A stretch of DNA of 60,449 nt, taken from Oscillospiraceae bacterium. GTDB lineage: Bacteria > Bacillota > Clostridia > HGM11514. Both the position numbers and the translations under genes were made by a program. How positions within the stretch are numbered: the first letter of the stretch is position 1; each line of letters opens with the position of its first letter. Of this stretch, positions 27,851 to 37,879 are shown one piece after another. The stretch lies in assembly GCA_015068925.1 (NCBI GenBank), contig SVJP01000002.1, forward strand, positions 1-60,449, given 5' to 3'. A model generated the notes under the pieces. It worked only from the letters and a program-made list of their open reading frames with translations, was not told the DNA's origin and searched no databases.

Positions 27851-28120
27851 TCACTCCTCCGTTGCTTCCTCCACAGCTTGTTCCGAAACCTCTGTTTCCG
27901 ATTCCTCTGCATTTTCAGAAGCTTTGATTACTTTTACTTTATCATGGTATAATTCATAAACCGCTTCGGTTACTTCCTTTTTGCTGTCACACTTTACCAA
28001 AACCTCCGCTCCCTGAGACAACTCACGGGCTCTTTTTGCAACTGCAATGACAAGAGAGTAACGACTGTCTGTCCGTTTCATCAATTCTCCGATTGGGGGA
28101 TACATCATCATAATAATCAC
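27851..28120 (-). CDS. rpoZ: DNA-directed RNA polymerase subunit omega
   Basis: About 85 aa. It has SRYSLVIAVAKRAREL and sits in the conserved gmk-rpoZ-coaBC context. The exact start among the N-terminal Met codons is uncertain. Confidence 0.85.
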   Translation of the reverse strand: MIIMMMYPPIGELMKRTDSRYSLVIAVAKRARELSQGAEVLVKCDSKKEVTEAVYELYHDKVKVIKASENAEESETEVSEQAVEEATEE

Positions 28121-28197
28121 TTATCCTTTCACTCTTTGTTTTTCGTAAAATAAATCAAATTCCTACAGAAATTTGCTCCTTACTTATTCCCTATTCC

Positions 28198-28809
28198 TTA
28201 TTCTTTTATCTTCCAGATTTGTTCCAAATCTTCAATTCTTCGTGGGCGGCTCATTTTTTCTGCACGGACAATTCGTTCCAAATCATTGACCGCCTCTTCC
28301 AATTGGTCATTTTCCAAAACATAATCATAATGACTCATCAAGGGCAGTTCTTCCATAGCACGGCTCAACCGCTTTTGTACCACTTCCTCCGTTTCGGTCT
28401 GCCGACCTCTGAGACGGTCTGCCAATACATCGGGATCCGGGGGCAATACAAACACATAAGTACCGCCTGCGAATCGACTCTGCACGTTTAGTGCACCCTG
28501 CACTTCAATTTCTAAAATCACGTCTCGCCCCTCGTTCAAAGCCTGTTCTACATACTTTTTCGGGGTTCCGTAAAAATTCTCGCAATATTGCGCCCATTCC
28601 AATAATTCATTATTCTCAATCATCCCTTTAAATTCCTCTTTTGAATAAAAGAAATAATGAACACCGTCCTGTTCTCCGGGGCGGGGACTTCTGGTGGTGG
28701 CGGAAACGGACAAAAACACCTCCGGATGACGCTTACAATATTCTGCACAAATGGTTCCTTTTCCTGCACCGGAAGGACCGGAAACTACAATCAAAAGACC
28801 TTTACTCAT
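28198..28809 (-). CDS. gmk: Guanylate kinase
   Basis: The ORF extends to 28896. The likely start is [19 protein letters not shown] at 28809, overlapping the remA stop by 8 nt. Confidence 0.9.
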   Translation of the reverse strand: MSKGLLIVVSGPSGAGKGTICAEYCKRHPEVFLSVSATTRSPRPGEQDGVHYFFYSKEEFKGMIENNELLEWAQYCENFYGTPKKYVEQALNEGRDVILEIEVQGALNVQSRFAGGTYVFVLPPDPDVLADRLRGRQTETEEVVQKRLSRAMEELPLMSHYDYVLENDQLEEAVNDLERIVRAEKMSRPRRIEDLEQIWKIKE

Positions 28810-29074
28810 CCTCATCTTCCTCCTCAAGCAACAATTCTTCCTTGGAGGATAAACGATTTGCAACCGTTTCAGGCTGTACAGCCGATAAAATAACATGGTC
28901 GCTGTCCATCACAATGACCGCTCTTGTTCTTCTACCGTAGGTGGCATCAATCAAAGTGCCCCGATCTCTTGCTTCCTGCACCATTCTCTTGATGGGAGCA
29001 GATTCCGGACTGACAATTGCTACCAGGCGACTTGCAGAAACCATATTTCCGAATCCGATGTTAATTAACTTCAT
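28802..29074 (-). CDS. remA: RemA/YlzA (DUF370) family regulator
   Basis: 90 aa. [30 protein letters not shown]...[19 protein letters not shown] is the family signature. It has an acidic tail. Confidence 0.85.
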   Translation of the reverse strand: MKLINIGFGNMVSASRLVAIVSPESAPIKRMVQEARDRGTLIDATYGRRTRAVIVMDSDHVILSAVQPETVANRLSSKEELLLEEEDEDE

Positions 29075-29085
29075 ATGTAAAACTC

Positions 29086-29964
29086 CTATTCAATATTCTG
29101 AATCTGTTCTCTGATTTTTTCAAATTCACTCTTCACATCAATCACAATCTTTGAAATTTCCAGATTGTTTGCCTTAGAACCGATGGTGTTGATTTCACGG
29201 TTCATTTCCTGCATAATAAAATCCAGTTTTTTTCCAACCGCACCGCCTGCATGTAAGGTATCGGAAAAGCTTTGCATATGACTATCCAAACGAACCAATT
29301 CCTCATCAATGGCAGTTTTTTCCGAAAAAATTGCAACTTCGGTTAACAGTCTCTGAGGATCCGGCTCCGCTGCTGACAATGCTTCTTCTATCTTTTGACG
29401 AAGTCGTTGTTCGTACTGCTCGGTTGCTTCCGGTTCACGACGCTTGATTTCGGAAACCAACTCTTGGACTCCCAAAAGCTTTTCTTCCAAATCGGCTTTC
29501 AGGCATTCTCCTTCTGTCTGGCGCATTTTCAAAAAGCCTGCCATCATCTGCTCCAGACAGGAAGACAGCAATTCCCATACCTTTTCTTCGTCTTCTTCCG
29601 TTTCTTCCGAAACAAACAATTCGGGATTTCGTGCTGCTATTTCCAAAGATACTTCTCCCGCAAGAGAAAAAGATTCTTTTAATTTTGTCAATGCCGCAAG
29701 ATAACTTTTGGCATATCCTTCATTTAACAAAACCTGTTTTCCGTCGCCGTCTTTCCGCTCAATGCTGATATACAAATCTGCTTTTCCGCGATTTAAAGAT
29801 TTTTTTATCATGTCACGCACTTTATCCTCCAAATAGGAATAAAGGCGAGGCAAACGAACCGACAAATCCAGATAGCGATGATTTACACTTTTCAGCTCTG
29901 TACGAATATAAAATCCATCCGATTCCTGCTCCCAACGGCTAAACCCCGTCATACTTTTTATCAT
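29086..29964 (-). CDS. yicC: YicC-family stress-induced protein
   Basis: 292 aa. It starts MTGFSR, has SVNHRYLD, and has the C-terminal [10 protein letters not shown]...[15 protein letters not shown] signature. Confidence 0.85.
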   Translation of the reverse strand: MIKSMTGFSRWEQESDGFYIRTELKSVNHRYLDLSVRLPRLYSYLEDKVRDMIKKSLNRGKADLYISIERKDGDGKQVLLNEGYAKSYLAALTKLKESFSLAGEVSLEIAARNPELFVSEETEEDEEKVWELLSSCLEQMMAGFLKMRQTEGECLKADLEEKLLGVQELVSEIKRREPEATEQYEQRLRQKIEEALSAAEPDPQRLLTEVAIFSEKTAIDEELVRLDSHMQSFSDTLHAGGAVGKKLDFIMQEMNREINTIGSKANNLEISKIVIDVKSEFEKIREQIQNIE

Positions 29965-30087
29965 GGCAAACTTCTCCTATTCTAATGGTATATATACTAT
30001 TGTACATCAAAAGATTTCTTTTTGTCAATAAAATTTGCTTTTTTCGTTAAAATAGTGTATAATAATAAGAGAATGGAGGATAAAATT

Positions 30088-31830
30088 ATGGCAATGGACG
30101 GAATTGCGGTGCGTTGTACCGCCTTTGAATTGAATCAAATACTGAAAAATGCCCGTGTAGATAAAGTATATCAACCTGAACTGGATGAAATTGTGATAGG
30201 ATTTCGAACCGACCACGACAATGTACGATTGGTATTAAGTGCTAGCGCAAATCATGCTCGGGTTCATCTGACCACACAGAAAAAAGAAAATCCCATGCAG
30301 GCACCCCTGTTTTGTATGTTGTTACGAAAGCATCTGACTCCTGCCAGATTGATTCGCGTTACTCAACAGGATTTTGAACGGATTCTTGTGTTTGAATTTG
30401 CCTGCACCACAGAATTGGGGGATCCGGTAAAAAAATACTTAATTGCAGAACTGATGGGACGGCATAGTAATCTGATTTTTACAGAAGAAAACGGTCGAAT
30501 TATTGACAGTGTCAAGCATATTGATGTGAATGTGAGCAGTGTCAGACAAATTCTGCCCGGTTTGGAATACAAAGGAGCACCTTCTCAAAACAAAAAAAAT
30601 CCCCTATTGACAGAGGAATCGGAGATTGCACAATTAATTCAGGAAAATCCGGATCAAAAGCTGGAAAAATTATTGCTGCAAACCTATACGGGGCTATCTC
30701 CCCTTGCTTGCCGTGAAATTGCATACCGCGTGGCAGGAGACTGGGATGCGGATACTTCTCGTTTACCACATGATACCGTCAGCAAAATTGTAAGCTTTTT
30801 TGCTGATATCCGAGACAACCGTTTTGTTCCTTCCTTGGTTATGGAAGGGGAAAAAAGCATTGAATTTTCTGCATTTAATCCTACTCAGTACGGAGAAAAA
30901 GTAATCTACCCCGAAAGCTTCAGTCTTACCCTGGAACGGTATTTTACCAACCGGGATGTAGACAGCCGCCAGCATCAGAGAGCCGCGGCAATGGACAAGG
31001 TTATTTCCAACCTGATTGAACGGACGGCAAAAAAATGCAATATTTACCGTCAAACCATCAAGGATGCAGAGAAAAAAGAACTGCAAAAACAATACGGTGA
31101 TTTGATTATGGCAAACCTGTATCGGATTCAGACGGGAGATACTGCTTTGGTGACTCAAAATTTCTATTCCGAAACGGGAGAAGAAGTAACCATCACTTTA
31201 GACCCTCAAAAAGGGGCTGCACAGAATGCACAACGGTACTACACCCGTTATACCAAGCAAAAAACCGCAGAAAAAATGGCAAAAGAACAATTACAATCTG
31301 CCATAGAGGAACTGGAATACTTGGAATCGGTGAAGCAGTTTTTGGAAACGGCAAAAACTCCCTCCGAGCTTTCCGATATTCGAGATGAGCTTCATGCCCA
31401 GGGTTACTTATCTCACGGCTCCAAAGGAAAAAAGAAAAAAAGTCAAAAAGTACAACCCCGCGTTTTTGTTTCCTCAGACGGATTTACCATTTATGTAGGA
31501 AAAAATAATATTCAGAATGACGCCATCACCTTTCAACTGTCCCGAAGCTGTGACATCTGGCTTCATACCAAAAACATCCCCGGTTCTCATACCCTGATTG
31601 TACGGGGAGGGGCAGAAGAAATCCCCGACCGCACTTTAGAAGAAGCGGCAATGCTTTGCGCTTATCACTCCAAAGCAAAAAACGGAGTCAAGGTGCCTGT
31701 GGATTACACAGAATGTAAATTCGTAAAAAAAATTTCAGGTGCAAAACCGGGAATGGTGATTTATGATAATTTCAGTACTGCTTATGTGACTCCTGACCCA
31801 AAATTAGCAGAGCAATTAGAACAAAAATAA
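30088..31830 (+). CDS. rqcH: Ribosome quality control factor RqcH (NFACT / FbpA family)
   Basis: The ORF starts at 30022. The likely start is the ATG at 30088 (MAMDGIAVR), 7 nt after GGAGGA. It has an NFACT-N domain, a coiled coil, and a C-terminal NFACT-R (WLHTKNIPGSH). Confidence 0.85.
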   Translation: MAMDGIAVRCTAFELNQILKNARVDKVYQPELDEIVIGFRTDHDNVRLVLSASANHARVHLTTQKKENPMQAPLFCMLLRKHLTPARLIRVTQQDFERILVFEFACTTELGDPVKKYLIAELMGRHSNLIFTEENGRIIDSVKHIDVNVSSVRQILPGLEYKGAPSQNKKNPLLTEESEIAQLIQENPDQKLEKLLLQTYTGLSPLACREIAYRVAGDWDADTSRLPHDTVSKIVSFFADIRDNRFVPSLVMEGEKSIEFSAFNPTQYGEKVIYPESFSLTLERYFTNRDVDSRQHQRAAAMDKVISNLIERTAKKCNIYRQTIKDAEKKELQKQYGDLIMANLYRIQTGDTALVTQNFYSETGEEVTITLDPQKGAAQNAQRYYTRYTKQKTAEKMAKEQLQSAIEELEYLESVKQFLETAKTPSELSDIRDELHAQGYLSHGSKGKKKKSQKVQPRVFVSSDGFTIYVGKNNIQNDAITFQLSRSCDIWLHTKNIPGSHTLIVRGGAEEIPDRTLEEAAMLCAYHSKAKNGVKVPVDYTECKFVKKISGAKPGMVIYDNFSTAYVTPDPKLAEQLEQK

Positions 31831-31834
31831 AACC

Positions 31835-31903
31835 GGCTCCCATCTGACCGAAACAACATTGAAAAAGAAAAGCTGTTTCGGACATCGGGGAGCCTGTTGT
31901 TTG
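31835..31903. terminator. Long hairpin between convergent rqcH and the aminotransferase gene
   Basis: GGCTCCC...CCGAAACA / TGTTTCGG...GGGGAGCC is a composite stem, followed by TGTTGTTTGT. Confidence 0.6.
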
Positions 31904-33031
31904 TCATAATAATGCTTTTATCCCCTTCATTGCCTGCTCCATTTCCTGCTCAGAAGTAAAATCACTAACAGAAATTCTGACCAAACCTCCCCGTAAGGTG
32001 CCTAATGTTTTGTGAGCCAAAGGGGCACAATGAAGTCCTCCCCGTGCTGCAATCCCGAACTTCTCATCCAACAAGGTACAAAAGCTTGCGCTGTCATAAT
32101 TTTCCGCACGAAATGCCGCCACGCCTCCGTATTCTGCTTCCACTTGCGGATATAACCTTACTCCGTTACATTTCCTTACTTCTTTTCTGAACATCAAAAT
32201 CAATTCCTGTTCATGCTTTAAAATAGCAGAAATTCCTCGGGACAACACATAAGAAATCCCATGATACAATCCCCAGATTTGGGGGGCGGCAAGAGTACCG
32301 CTTTCCAATCGGTCAGGAAGGATTTCAGGCTGGTCAAATTCTGCCGATAAGCTTCCCGTTCCGCCTTCTGTTAAGGGTTGCAAACAGATTTCTTCTCCAA
32401 TGCAAAGCCCGCCCGTCCCTTGAGGACCATACAAACCCTTATGCCCTGCAAAGGCAATCATGGAACAAGGAGTTAACGAAAGAGGCAATACTCCACCGCT
32501 TTGTGCTCCATCTATCAAGCAAAAAATCCCTGATGCTTTTGCCAACTCCTGAATTTCCTCAATCGGACTGATACTGCCGCATACATTGGACATATGGTTG
32601 ATTACAATTAATTTTGTTTTGGGTGTCATGGCTCGCTTTACGGCCTGTGCCGTAACCACACCTGTTGCATCCGCTCCGGCAACAGAATACGTAATCAACC
32701 CCTGTTTTGTTAAGCGGTGAACCGGTCGCAACACAGAATTGTGCTCCATAGAACCAATCACTACATGATCCCCCGACGATAAGCATCCTTTGATTGCCAA
32801 ATTCAATGCTTCCGTGGTGTTTTTTGTAAAAATCACCTGTTCCGGTGTGGGAACGGAAAACAATTTTGCTACCAATTCCCGACACAAAAAAACCCGTTCC
32901 GCTGCCTCGGATGCCAAACGGTATCCTCCTCTTCCGGGATTTCCTCCATACAACTTCATGCTCTCCGTCACAGCATTGTAAACAGATTCCGGTTTTTTTA
33001 AAGTAGTAGCACTGTTATCTAAATAAATCAT
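31904..33031 (-). CDS. Class-V aminotransferase / cysteine desulfurase family protein
   Basis: The ORF extends to 33088. The likely start is MIYLDNSATT at 33031, after AAGGAG. It has HKGLYGPQGTG around the PLP lysine. Confidence 0.8.
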   Translation of the reverse strand: MIYLDNSATTLKKPESVYNAVTESMKLYGGNPGRGGYRLASEAAERVFLCRELVAKLFSVPTPEQVIFTKNTTEALNLAIKGCLSSGDHVVIGSMEHNSVLRPVHRLTKQGLITYSVAGADATGVVTAQAVKRAMTPKTKLIVINHMSNVCGSISPIEEIQELAKASGIFCLIDGAQSGGVLPLSLTPCSMIAFAGHKGLYGPQGTGGLCIGEEICLQPLTEGGTGSLSAEFDQPEILPDRLESGTLAAPQIWGLYHGISYVLSRGISAILKHEQELILMFRKEVRKCNGVRLYPQVEAEYGGVAAFRAENYDSASFCTLLDEKFGIAARGGLHCAPLAHKTLGTLRGGLVRISVSDFTSEQEMEQAMKGIKALL

Positions 33032-33135
33032 TTGATCATCTCCTTCATCCAAATATATTCTTTTCGGCTTGTCTGTATTCGATGTCATAACCGGGACAAC
33101 CGATTCATAAAATAGGACAAAAGGGGGAATGTATT

Positions 33136-35016
33136 ATGAAACGCTCTATTGTTTTGTTTTTACTCTGTGTCTGCTTAATCATCGCAGCCATGCTGTTACC
33201 GGCAGATTGGTTTTTATGGAACAACACACCACAACATTGGGCAGATGAGGAGATGAAACAACTTCAACAAATGGGCGTAACACTCCCCTTTTCCAGAGGA
33301 CAATGGGACGACCCTGTTACAAGAGGGGAATTTTGCGCTTTCCTTGTTAATGCCTTTTCGTCCGATACAGGAGAGGAAATTCAACTGTTTTCAGATGTTC
33401 CTGCCGAGGATCCCTATTTTTCCGTTGTGAATGCCGCCTGCCGAAGCGGTTGGGTGTCACAGGCAGAGTTCTTTCGACCCAATGATTTCCTGACCCGACA
33501 AGAATTATTGCTTGTTTGCAACAATCTCATACCGTTAGAAACAGATTCCTCTTTACAATCGGTGGCAACTGACGTAGAAGAAGAAATGAAAGCTCTGGTT
33601 TCTGCCGCTGTTCAATCAGGAATTTTCACATTATACGAAGATAACACCTTCCGTCCCACAGATTCTGTCACAAAAGCATCTGCCGCATCTGTCATCTGCC
33701 GCATTTTAACCGCAAAAAAAAATAACGATGGAATTCGCCGTGCATTACTTCTGGATTATCTTCACGCCTTTGCAGACGGAAAAGATGCATCCCACCTTTG
33801 TACAGACCAAGAAAAGGAACGGCAGCAGTATCGTTCCAAAACCGTTCTTCCGTTTTTCAAAGACAAAAAAATCAGCAAAACCATCAAAGAACTGGTTCTT
33901 ACTCTGACAACAGAAGGTGGTAACGCTGATTTTATTCTTTGTTACCCTGACCGCGAAATCAAAAGTACACTTTCTTTTACCACAAAACAAACAGAACAGG
34001 GATTTCTGATTTCCGATACCAAATTTCGTCTGCTTGCCTCAGAACCCATCCGATTGGTATGGGAATATGCTTCTCGTCCCGATATGGAATACAGTAATGA
34101 AAACAAAGCCAACGTGGTATCCCCCACTTGGTTCAAACTGATCAACGAAAAGGATATAGAAGTATTTCCCCGTGATATGGAAATCACGGAAAATTTATAT
34201 TTATCCGATTATTACAGCCATGATTTTTTTCAAAAAGCAAAAAAAGGAAAGCAACAAGTCTGGGCACTTTGCTCTAACGGCTTTGAACCCGAACAAACCA
34301 GACAGGTGCTGGCCGACCAAGCCCTACGAAAGAAATTAATCGAAACCTTATTGACCAAAGCAATCGACTACCATTTAGACGGTATCAATCTGGATTTTGA
34401 AAATATGTACCGTGAAGATAAAGACATTTTTTCTCAATTTGTACAAGAATGTAGCTTATATGCCAAAGAGGGTGGATTGATTCTCTCTGCCGACATTACC
34501 AAAATAGAAGAAAGCAGTAGCTTTTATTCCATGTGCTATGACAGAGAGGCATTAAGCCGATGCACCGATTATCTCATGCTTATGGCATACGATCAACACC
34601 CAAAGGGGAGCAATATTGCAGGTCCTGTTGCAGCTCTTGACTGGACAGAAGATGCTTTAATCGGTGTATTGGAACAAGTTCCTGCTTCTCAAATGCTTCT
34701 TGGCGTGCCTTTCTATACCCGAATCTGGGAAACCAATGAAGGCGTCGTGGTCAATGCCCCTGCCGCTTCCATGTCGCAGGTACAGGAGTTAATGAAAGAA
34801 AAAAGTCTGACCACCGTATGGAACGAAACCGAAAAACTCCACTATGCAGAATATCAGGAGGGAAACAGCTTATATAAAATCTGGATAGAGGATACTGACT
34901 CCTGTTCTGCCCGTATGGATCTCATCGAACAATACGGTCTGAGTGGCATTGCCTGCTGGAGTGGAGGATATGAAACCCCTGAAATTTGGAATTTAATAGA
35001 GAAAAGGTTAAAATAG
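33136..35016 (+). CDS. Secreted GH18 (YaaH/YdhD-like) glycosyl hydrolase with N-terminal SLH-like repeats
   Basis: 626 aa. It has a signal/TM segment, SLH-like segments (HWADEEM, FSDVPAEDPYF) and a GH18 core with DGINLDFE (a DGxxxDxE variant). Confidence 0.7.
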   Translation: MKRSIVLFLLCVCLIIAAMLLPADWFLWNNTPQHWADEEMKQLQQMGVTLPFSRGQWDDPVTRGEFCAFLVNAFSSDTGEEIQLFSDVPAEDPYFSVVNAACRSGWVSQAEFFRPNDFLTRQELLLVCNNLIPLETDSSLQSVATDVEEEMKALVSAAVQSGIFTLYEDNTFRPTDSVTKASAASVICRILTAKKNNDGIRRALLLDYLHAFADGKDASHLCTDQEKERQQYRSKTVLPFFKDKKISKTIKELVLTLTTEGGNADFILCYPDREIKSTLSFTTKQTEQGFLISDTKFRLLASEPIRLVWEYASRPDMEYSNENKANVVSPTWFKLINEKDIEVFPRDMEITENLYLSDYYSHDFFQKAKKGKQQVWALCSNGFEPEQTRQVLADQALRKKLIETLLTKAIDYHLDGINLDFENMYREDKDIFSQFVQECSLYAKEGGLILSADITKIEESSSFYSMCYDREALSRCTDYLMLMAYDQHPKGSNIAGPVAALDWTEDALIGVLEQVPASQMLLGVPFYTRIWETNEGVVVNAPAASMSQVQELMKEKSLTTVWNETEKLHYAEYQEGNSLYKIWIEDTDSCSARMDLIEQYGLSGIACWSGGYETPEIWNLIEKRLK

Positions 35017-35104
35017 CCCCATGACAACCGCAAAATTGCCCCCTTTACAAATCATCTAATTTATTATACAATTAAAGTAACAAAAAATAAAAGGAGGACT
35101 ACTG

Positions 35105-36349
35105 ATGAGTAATTCTTATGAAATTGCAAAAGAACGGTATGCCGCTCTTGGCGTGGATACCGAAGCAGTCTTGGAAAAACTGCAAATATTGCCCGTTTCC
35201 CTTCATTGCTGGCAGGGAGATGATGTGGGAGGATTTGACAGAGTAGGAGATTTGACCGGAGGAATTCAGGTAACAGGAAATTATCCCGGAAAAGCCAACA
35301 CGCCGGCTCAACTTCGCCAGGACCTGGAGGAAGCACTTCGTTTGCTTCCCGGTACCTACAAGGTAAATCTTCATGCAAGCTACTGTGAATTAAACAGAGA
35401 AGCCGTAGACCGTGACAAACTGGAACCCAAACATTTTCAAAATTGGGTAAACTGGGCGAAAGAGCAAAACATTGGTCTGGACTTTAATCCCACCTATTTT
35501 TCACATCCCAAAAGTGATGACGGCTTTACCTTAAGCCACAAGGACGAATCCATCCGTAAATTCTGGGTGGAACACGGAAAAGCTTGCCGTAATATCGGGG
35601 AATATTTCGGAAAAGAACTGGATCAGACCTGTGTGATTAACTTCTGGATTCCCGACGGTTATAAGGATGTTCCTGCTGACCGCGTGGCACCTCGTGCAAG
35701 ATTAAAGAAGTCCCTGGACGAAATTTTTGAACGTCAGATTGACCCCAAATATGTACAGGATGCGGTAGAAAGTAAGGTATTTGGAATCGGTTCTGAAAGC
35801 TATGTAGTCGGTTCTCATGAATTTTATTTGGGATATGCTGTTGCCAACAACAAGGTTCTTACCTTAGACAACGGTCACTTCCATCCTACAGAAGGAATTG
35901 CAGACAAGATTTCTTCCGTTCTGCAGTTTACCGACAAGCTATTGCTTCATGTAAGCCGTCCTGTTCGTTGGGACAGTGACCATGTGGTTCTCTTTAATGA
36001 TGATACCATGGCAATTGCTCAGGAATTGATTCGTAACAACCTGATTGACCGCACTTATGTTGCTTTGGACTTCTTTGACGGAAGCATCAACAGAATCGCT
36101 GCATGGGTCATCGGTGCAAGAAATACACAAAAGGCATTACTGTATGCAATGCTGGAACCCTATGCAACTCTGCAGCAGGCAGAAGAAGACGGAGATTACA
36201 CCACCCGCCTGGCAATTCAGGAAGAAATGAAGTTCATGCCTTACCAGGCTGTCTGGGATGAATACTGCAGAAGAAACAACACTCCCGTAGGCTTAAATTG
36301 GCTGACCGAAGTGAAGAATTACGAAAAGAATATTCTGGCAAACAGATAA
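35105..36349 (+). CDS. rhaA: L-rhamnose isomerase
   Basis: 414 aa. The N-terminus ...[37 protein letters not shown] is co-linear with E. coli RhaA. Confidence 0.85.
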   Translation: MSNSYEIAKERYAALGVDTEAVLEKLQILPVSLHCWQGDDVGGFDRVGDLTGGIQVTGNYPGKANTPAQLRQDLEEALRLLPGTYKVNLHASYCELNREAVDRDKLEPKHFQNWVNWAKEQNIGLDFNPTYFSHPKSDDGFTLSHKDESIRKFWVEHGKACRNIGEYFGKELDQTCVINFWIPDGYKDVPADRVAPRARLKKSLDEIFERQIDPKYVQDAVESKVFGIGSESYVVGSHEFYLGYAVANNKVLTLDNGHFHPTEGIADKISSVLQFTDKLLLHVSRPVRWDSDHVVLFNDDTMAIAQELIRNNLIDRTYVALDFFDGSINRIAAWVIGARNTQKALLYAMLEPYATLQQAEEDGDYTTRLAIQEEMKFMPYQAVWDEYCRRNNTPVGLNWLTEVKNYEKNILANR

Positions 36350-36419
36350 TCCCCTTCCGAGAGATGGCAAAAAGCTCGGAATACAAAAAGAGGTTATAAA
36401 ACAACGAAAAATCCCATTT

Positions 36420-36465
36420 CTGATATGCACCCCAAAAGTTAGACACTTTTGGAGGTGCATATCAG
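36420..36465. other. Near-perfect 20-bp inverted repeat (long hairpin) downstream of rhaA
   Basis: CTGATATGCACCCCAAAAGT-TAGAC-ACTTTTGGAGGTGCATATCAG, with one bulged base. No T-tract follows. Confidence 0.8.
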
Positions 36466-36704
36466 TATGTAGTTGTTCCGGACAGCTTTTCTTTGCTTTG
36501 ATTGTTAAATGAAAAATTCATCATCCATCTCTGCATTTTTTATTTGCGACAGACCGGCTTTTTCAACGGTCTGGGAGTAGCAAAACAATTTTTTCTTTGT
36601 AATAGTAACTAAAATTGGTACATTTCGTTTGTGTAATATGACAGGATAAGATTGCCTGTCTATTTTTTTAAAAGAGAGAAACCCTAATATTGAGGTGAAT
36701 GAAC

Positions 36705-37031
36705 ATGGCAATGATTAGCGGATTATTTCATCAGGAGCAGGATTTGGAACGAGCGGTGGATTTACTGGAACAATCAGGATTTTCTCATCTTTTTATTTCC
36801 GAAAACAATCCTCAGGCTTTGCCTGTTCCGGGTAGTTTTTTGGTGACCAATTTACAAAGAGAACCCAATACGGAAAGTAATTTCGGCGTAAATCCCGGTT
36901 TGCCCCTTCCCTTTTTTCGTCCTGTTCCGGAAAACGCGAAGCGATTAACCGTTCAGGTAAAGCAGGAAGAAAAAACACATGCCTTAACCTTGCTTAAAAG
37001 AACAAAAGCAAAGGAAATCCGAACCCATTAA
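36705..37031 (+). CDS. Small hypothetical protein (YflT/general-stress-like N-terminus?)
   Basis: The ORF starts at 36699. The ATG at 36705 lies 7 nt after GAGGTG. The gene is followed by a strong bidirectional terminator. Confidence 0.5.
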   Translation: MAMISGLFHQEQDLERAVDLLEQSGFSHLFISENNPQALPVPGSFLVTNLQREPNTESNFGVNPGLPLPFFRPVPENAKRLTVQVKQEEKTHALTLLKRTKAKEIRTH

Positions 37032-37034
37032 AAC

Positions 37035-37068
37035 ACCAACCGTCGAAAAAGTCGACGGTTGGTATTTT
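37035..37068. terminator. Bidirectional intrinsic terminator
   Basis: ACCAACCGTCGA-AAAAG-TCGACGGTTGGT forms a 12-bp stem, flanked by AAAAC upstream and ATTTT downstream. It lies between convergent genes. Confidence 0.8.
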
Positions 37069-37879
37069 AATGGCAAAAAGAACATTCTTCACAGAATCGC
37101 ACTTTTTTTCCAAATACATTGATCATGGTATTCAGCAATTCTTTATTTGTAATCTCCTGCTTCCGATGAACAATAATTTCATGGGGAGAAAGGGTTATCA
37201 AACGACTGAGAAGCAAATCCTCCCGACTCAACGAATCAAAAGAAACCGCAACCTCTTCCGATACCACAAGACGATATTCCCCGTCAAAAATACCGTAATC
37301 TCCCGACTCGGTCAATTTCACATGAACCTGTTCTATCAGACAAGGCTGAATTTCTGTCAGACAAGTGAGCATTCCGATAAATTCCCGATATTCTCGGTCA
37401 ATCAAATAATCCTCAGCTGCTTTATCTACCGTATGCTCCAATTCCCGAAGGTACTCTTCCATGCGAAACCGAACAAATCCATCCAGATGAATCACGTTGT
37501 TTTTCTTTAAAAATTCATTCAGCCGTTGTTCCAAAAGCTCCTGCCAGGATCTTCTTTTTTGATAGCTTTCTGCAATCATATCAATCTCTTTTTGCTCTGC
37601 CTCGGTAAAATAAAAATATCGTTTTTTTACTAATCTTTGTATCAAATAAGGTTGATAAACGGTTACAATTTTTTCAGCAAGAGTCCTGCTCAACTGTTCC
37701 CGTTCCGATTCTTGTATGGTAACGTCTGCAAACTGCAGGTCCCCCCTTCGATACAACTTTGCAGACGGAAAACTCCATTTACCCGTCTTTACAGACGGTA
37801 TTCCAATGGATACAACCAATCCTTCACTTCCCTTCCGGGGAAATACTTCCTCCAAAATCATATAATTGTCCCGATACAC
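37067..37879 (-). CDS. ytxC: Sporulation protein YtxC-like
   Basis: 270 aa. The segment HLDGFVRFRMEEYLRELEHTVDKAAEDYLIDREYREFIGML matches my recollection of the YtxC family signature. The start is uncertain because the ORF overlaps the upstream gene by 56 nt. Confidence 0.6.
   Translation of the reverse strand: MYRDNYMILEEVFPRKGSEGLVVSIGIPSVKTGKWSFPSAKLYRRGDLQFADVTIQESEREQLSRTLAEKIVTVYQPYLIQRLVKKRYFYFTEAEQKEIDMIAESYQKRRSWQELLEQRLNEFLKKNNVIHLDGFVRFRMEEYLRELEHTVDKAAEDYLIDREYREFIGMLTCLTEIQPCLIEQVHVKLTESGDYGIFDGEYRLVVSEEVAVSFDSLSREDLLLSRLITLSPHEIIVHRKQEITNKELLNTMINVFGKKVRFCEECSFCH

Noticed and set aside
36505-36711. 68-aa ORF on the minus strand.
   Set aside because: It has no RBS, an odd composition, and overlaps the start of the plus-strand gene at 36705. 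It lies in an AT-rich intergenic region.
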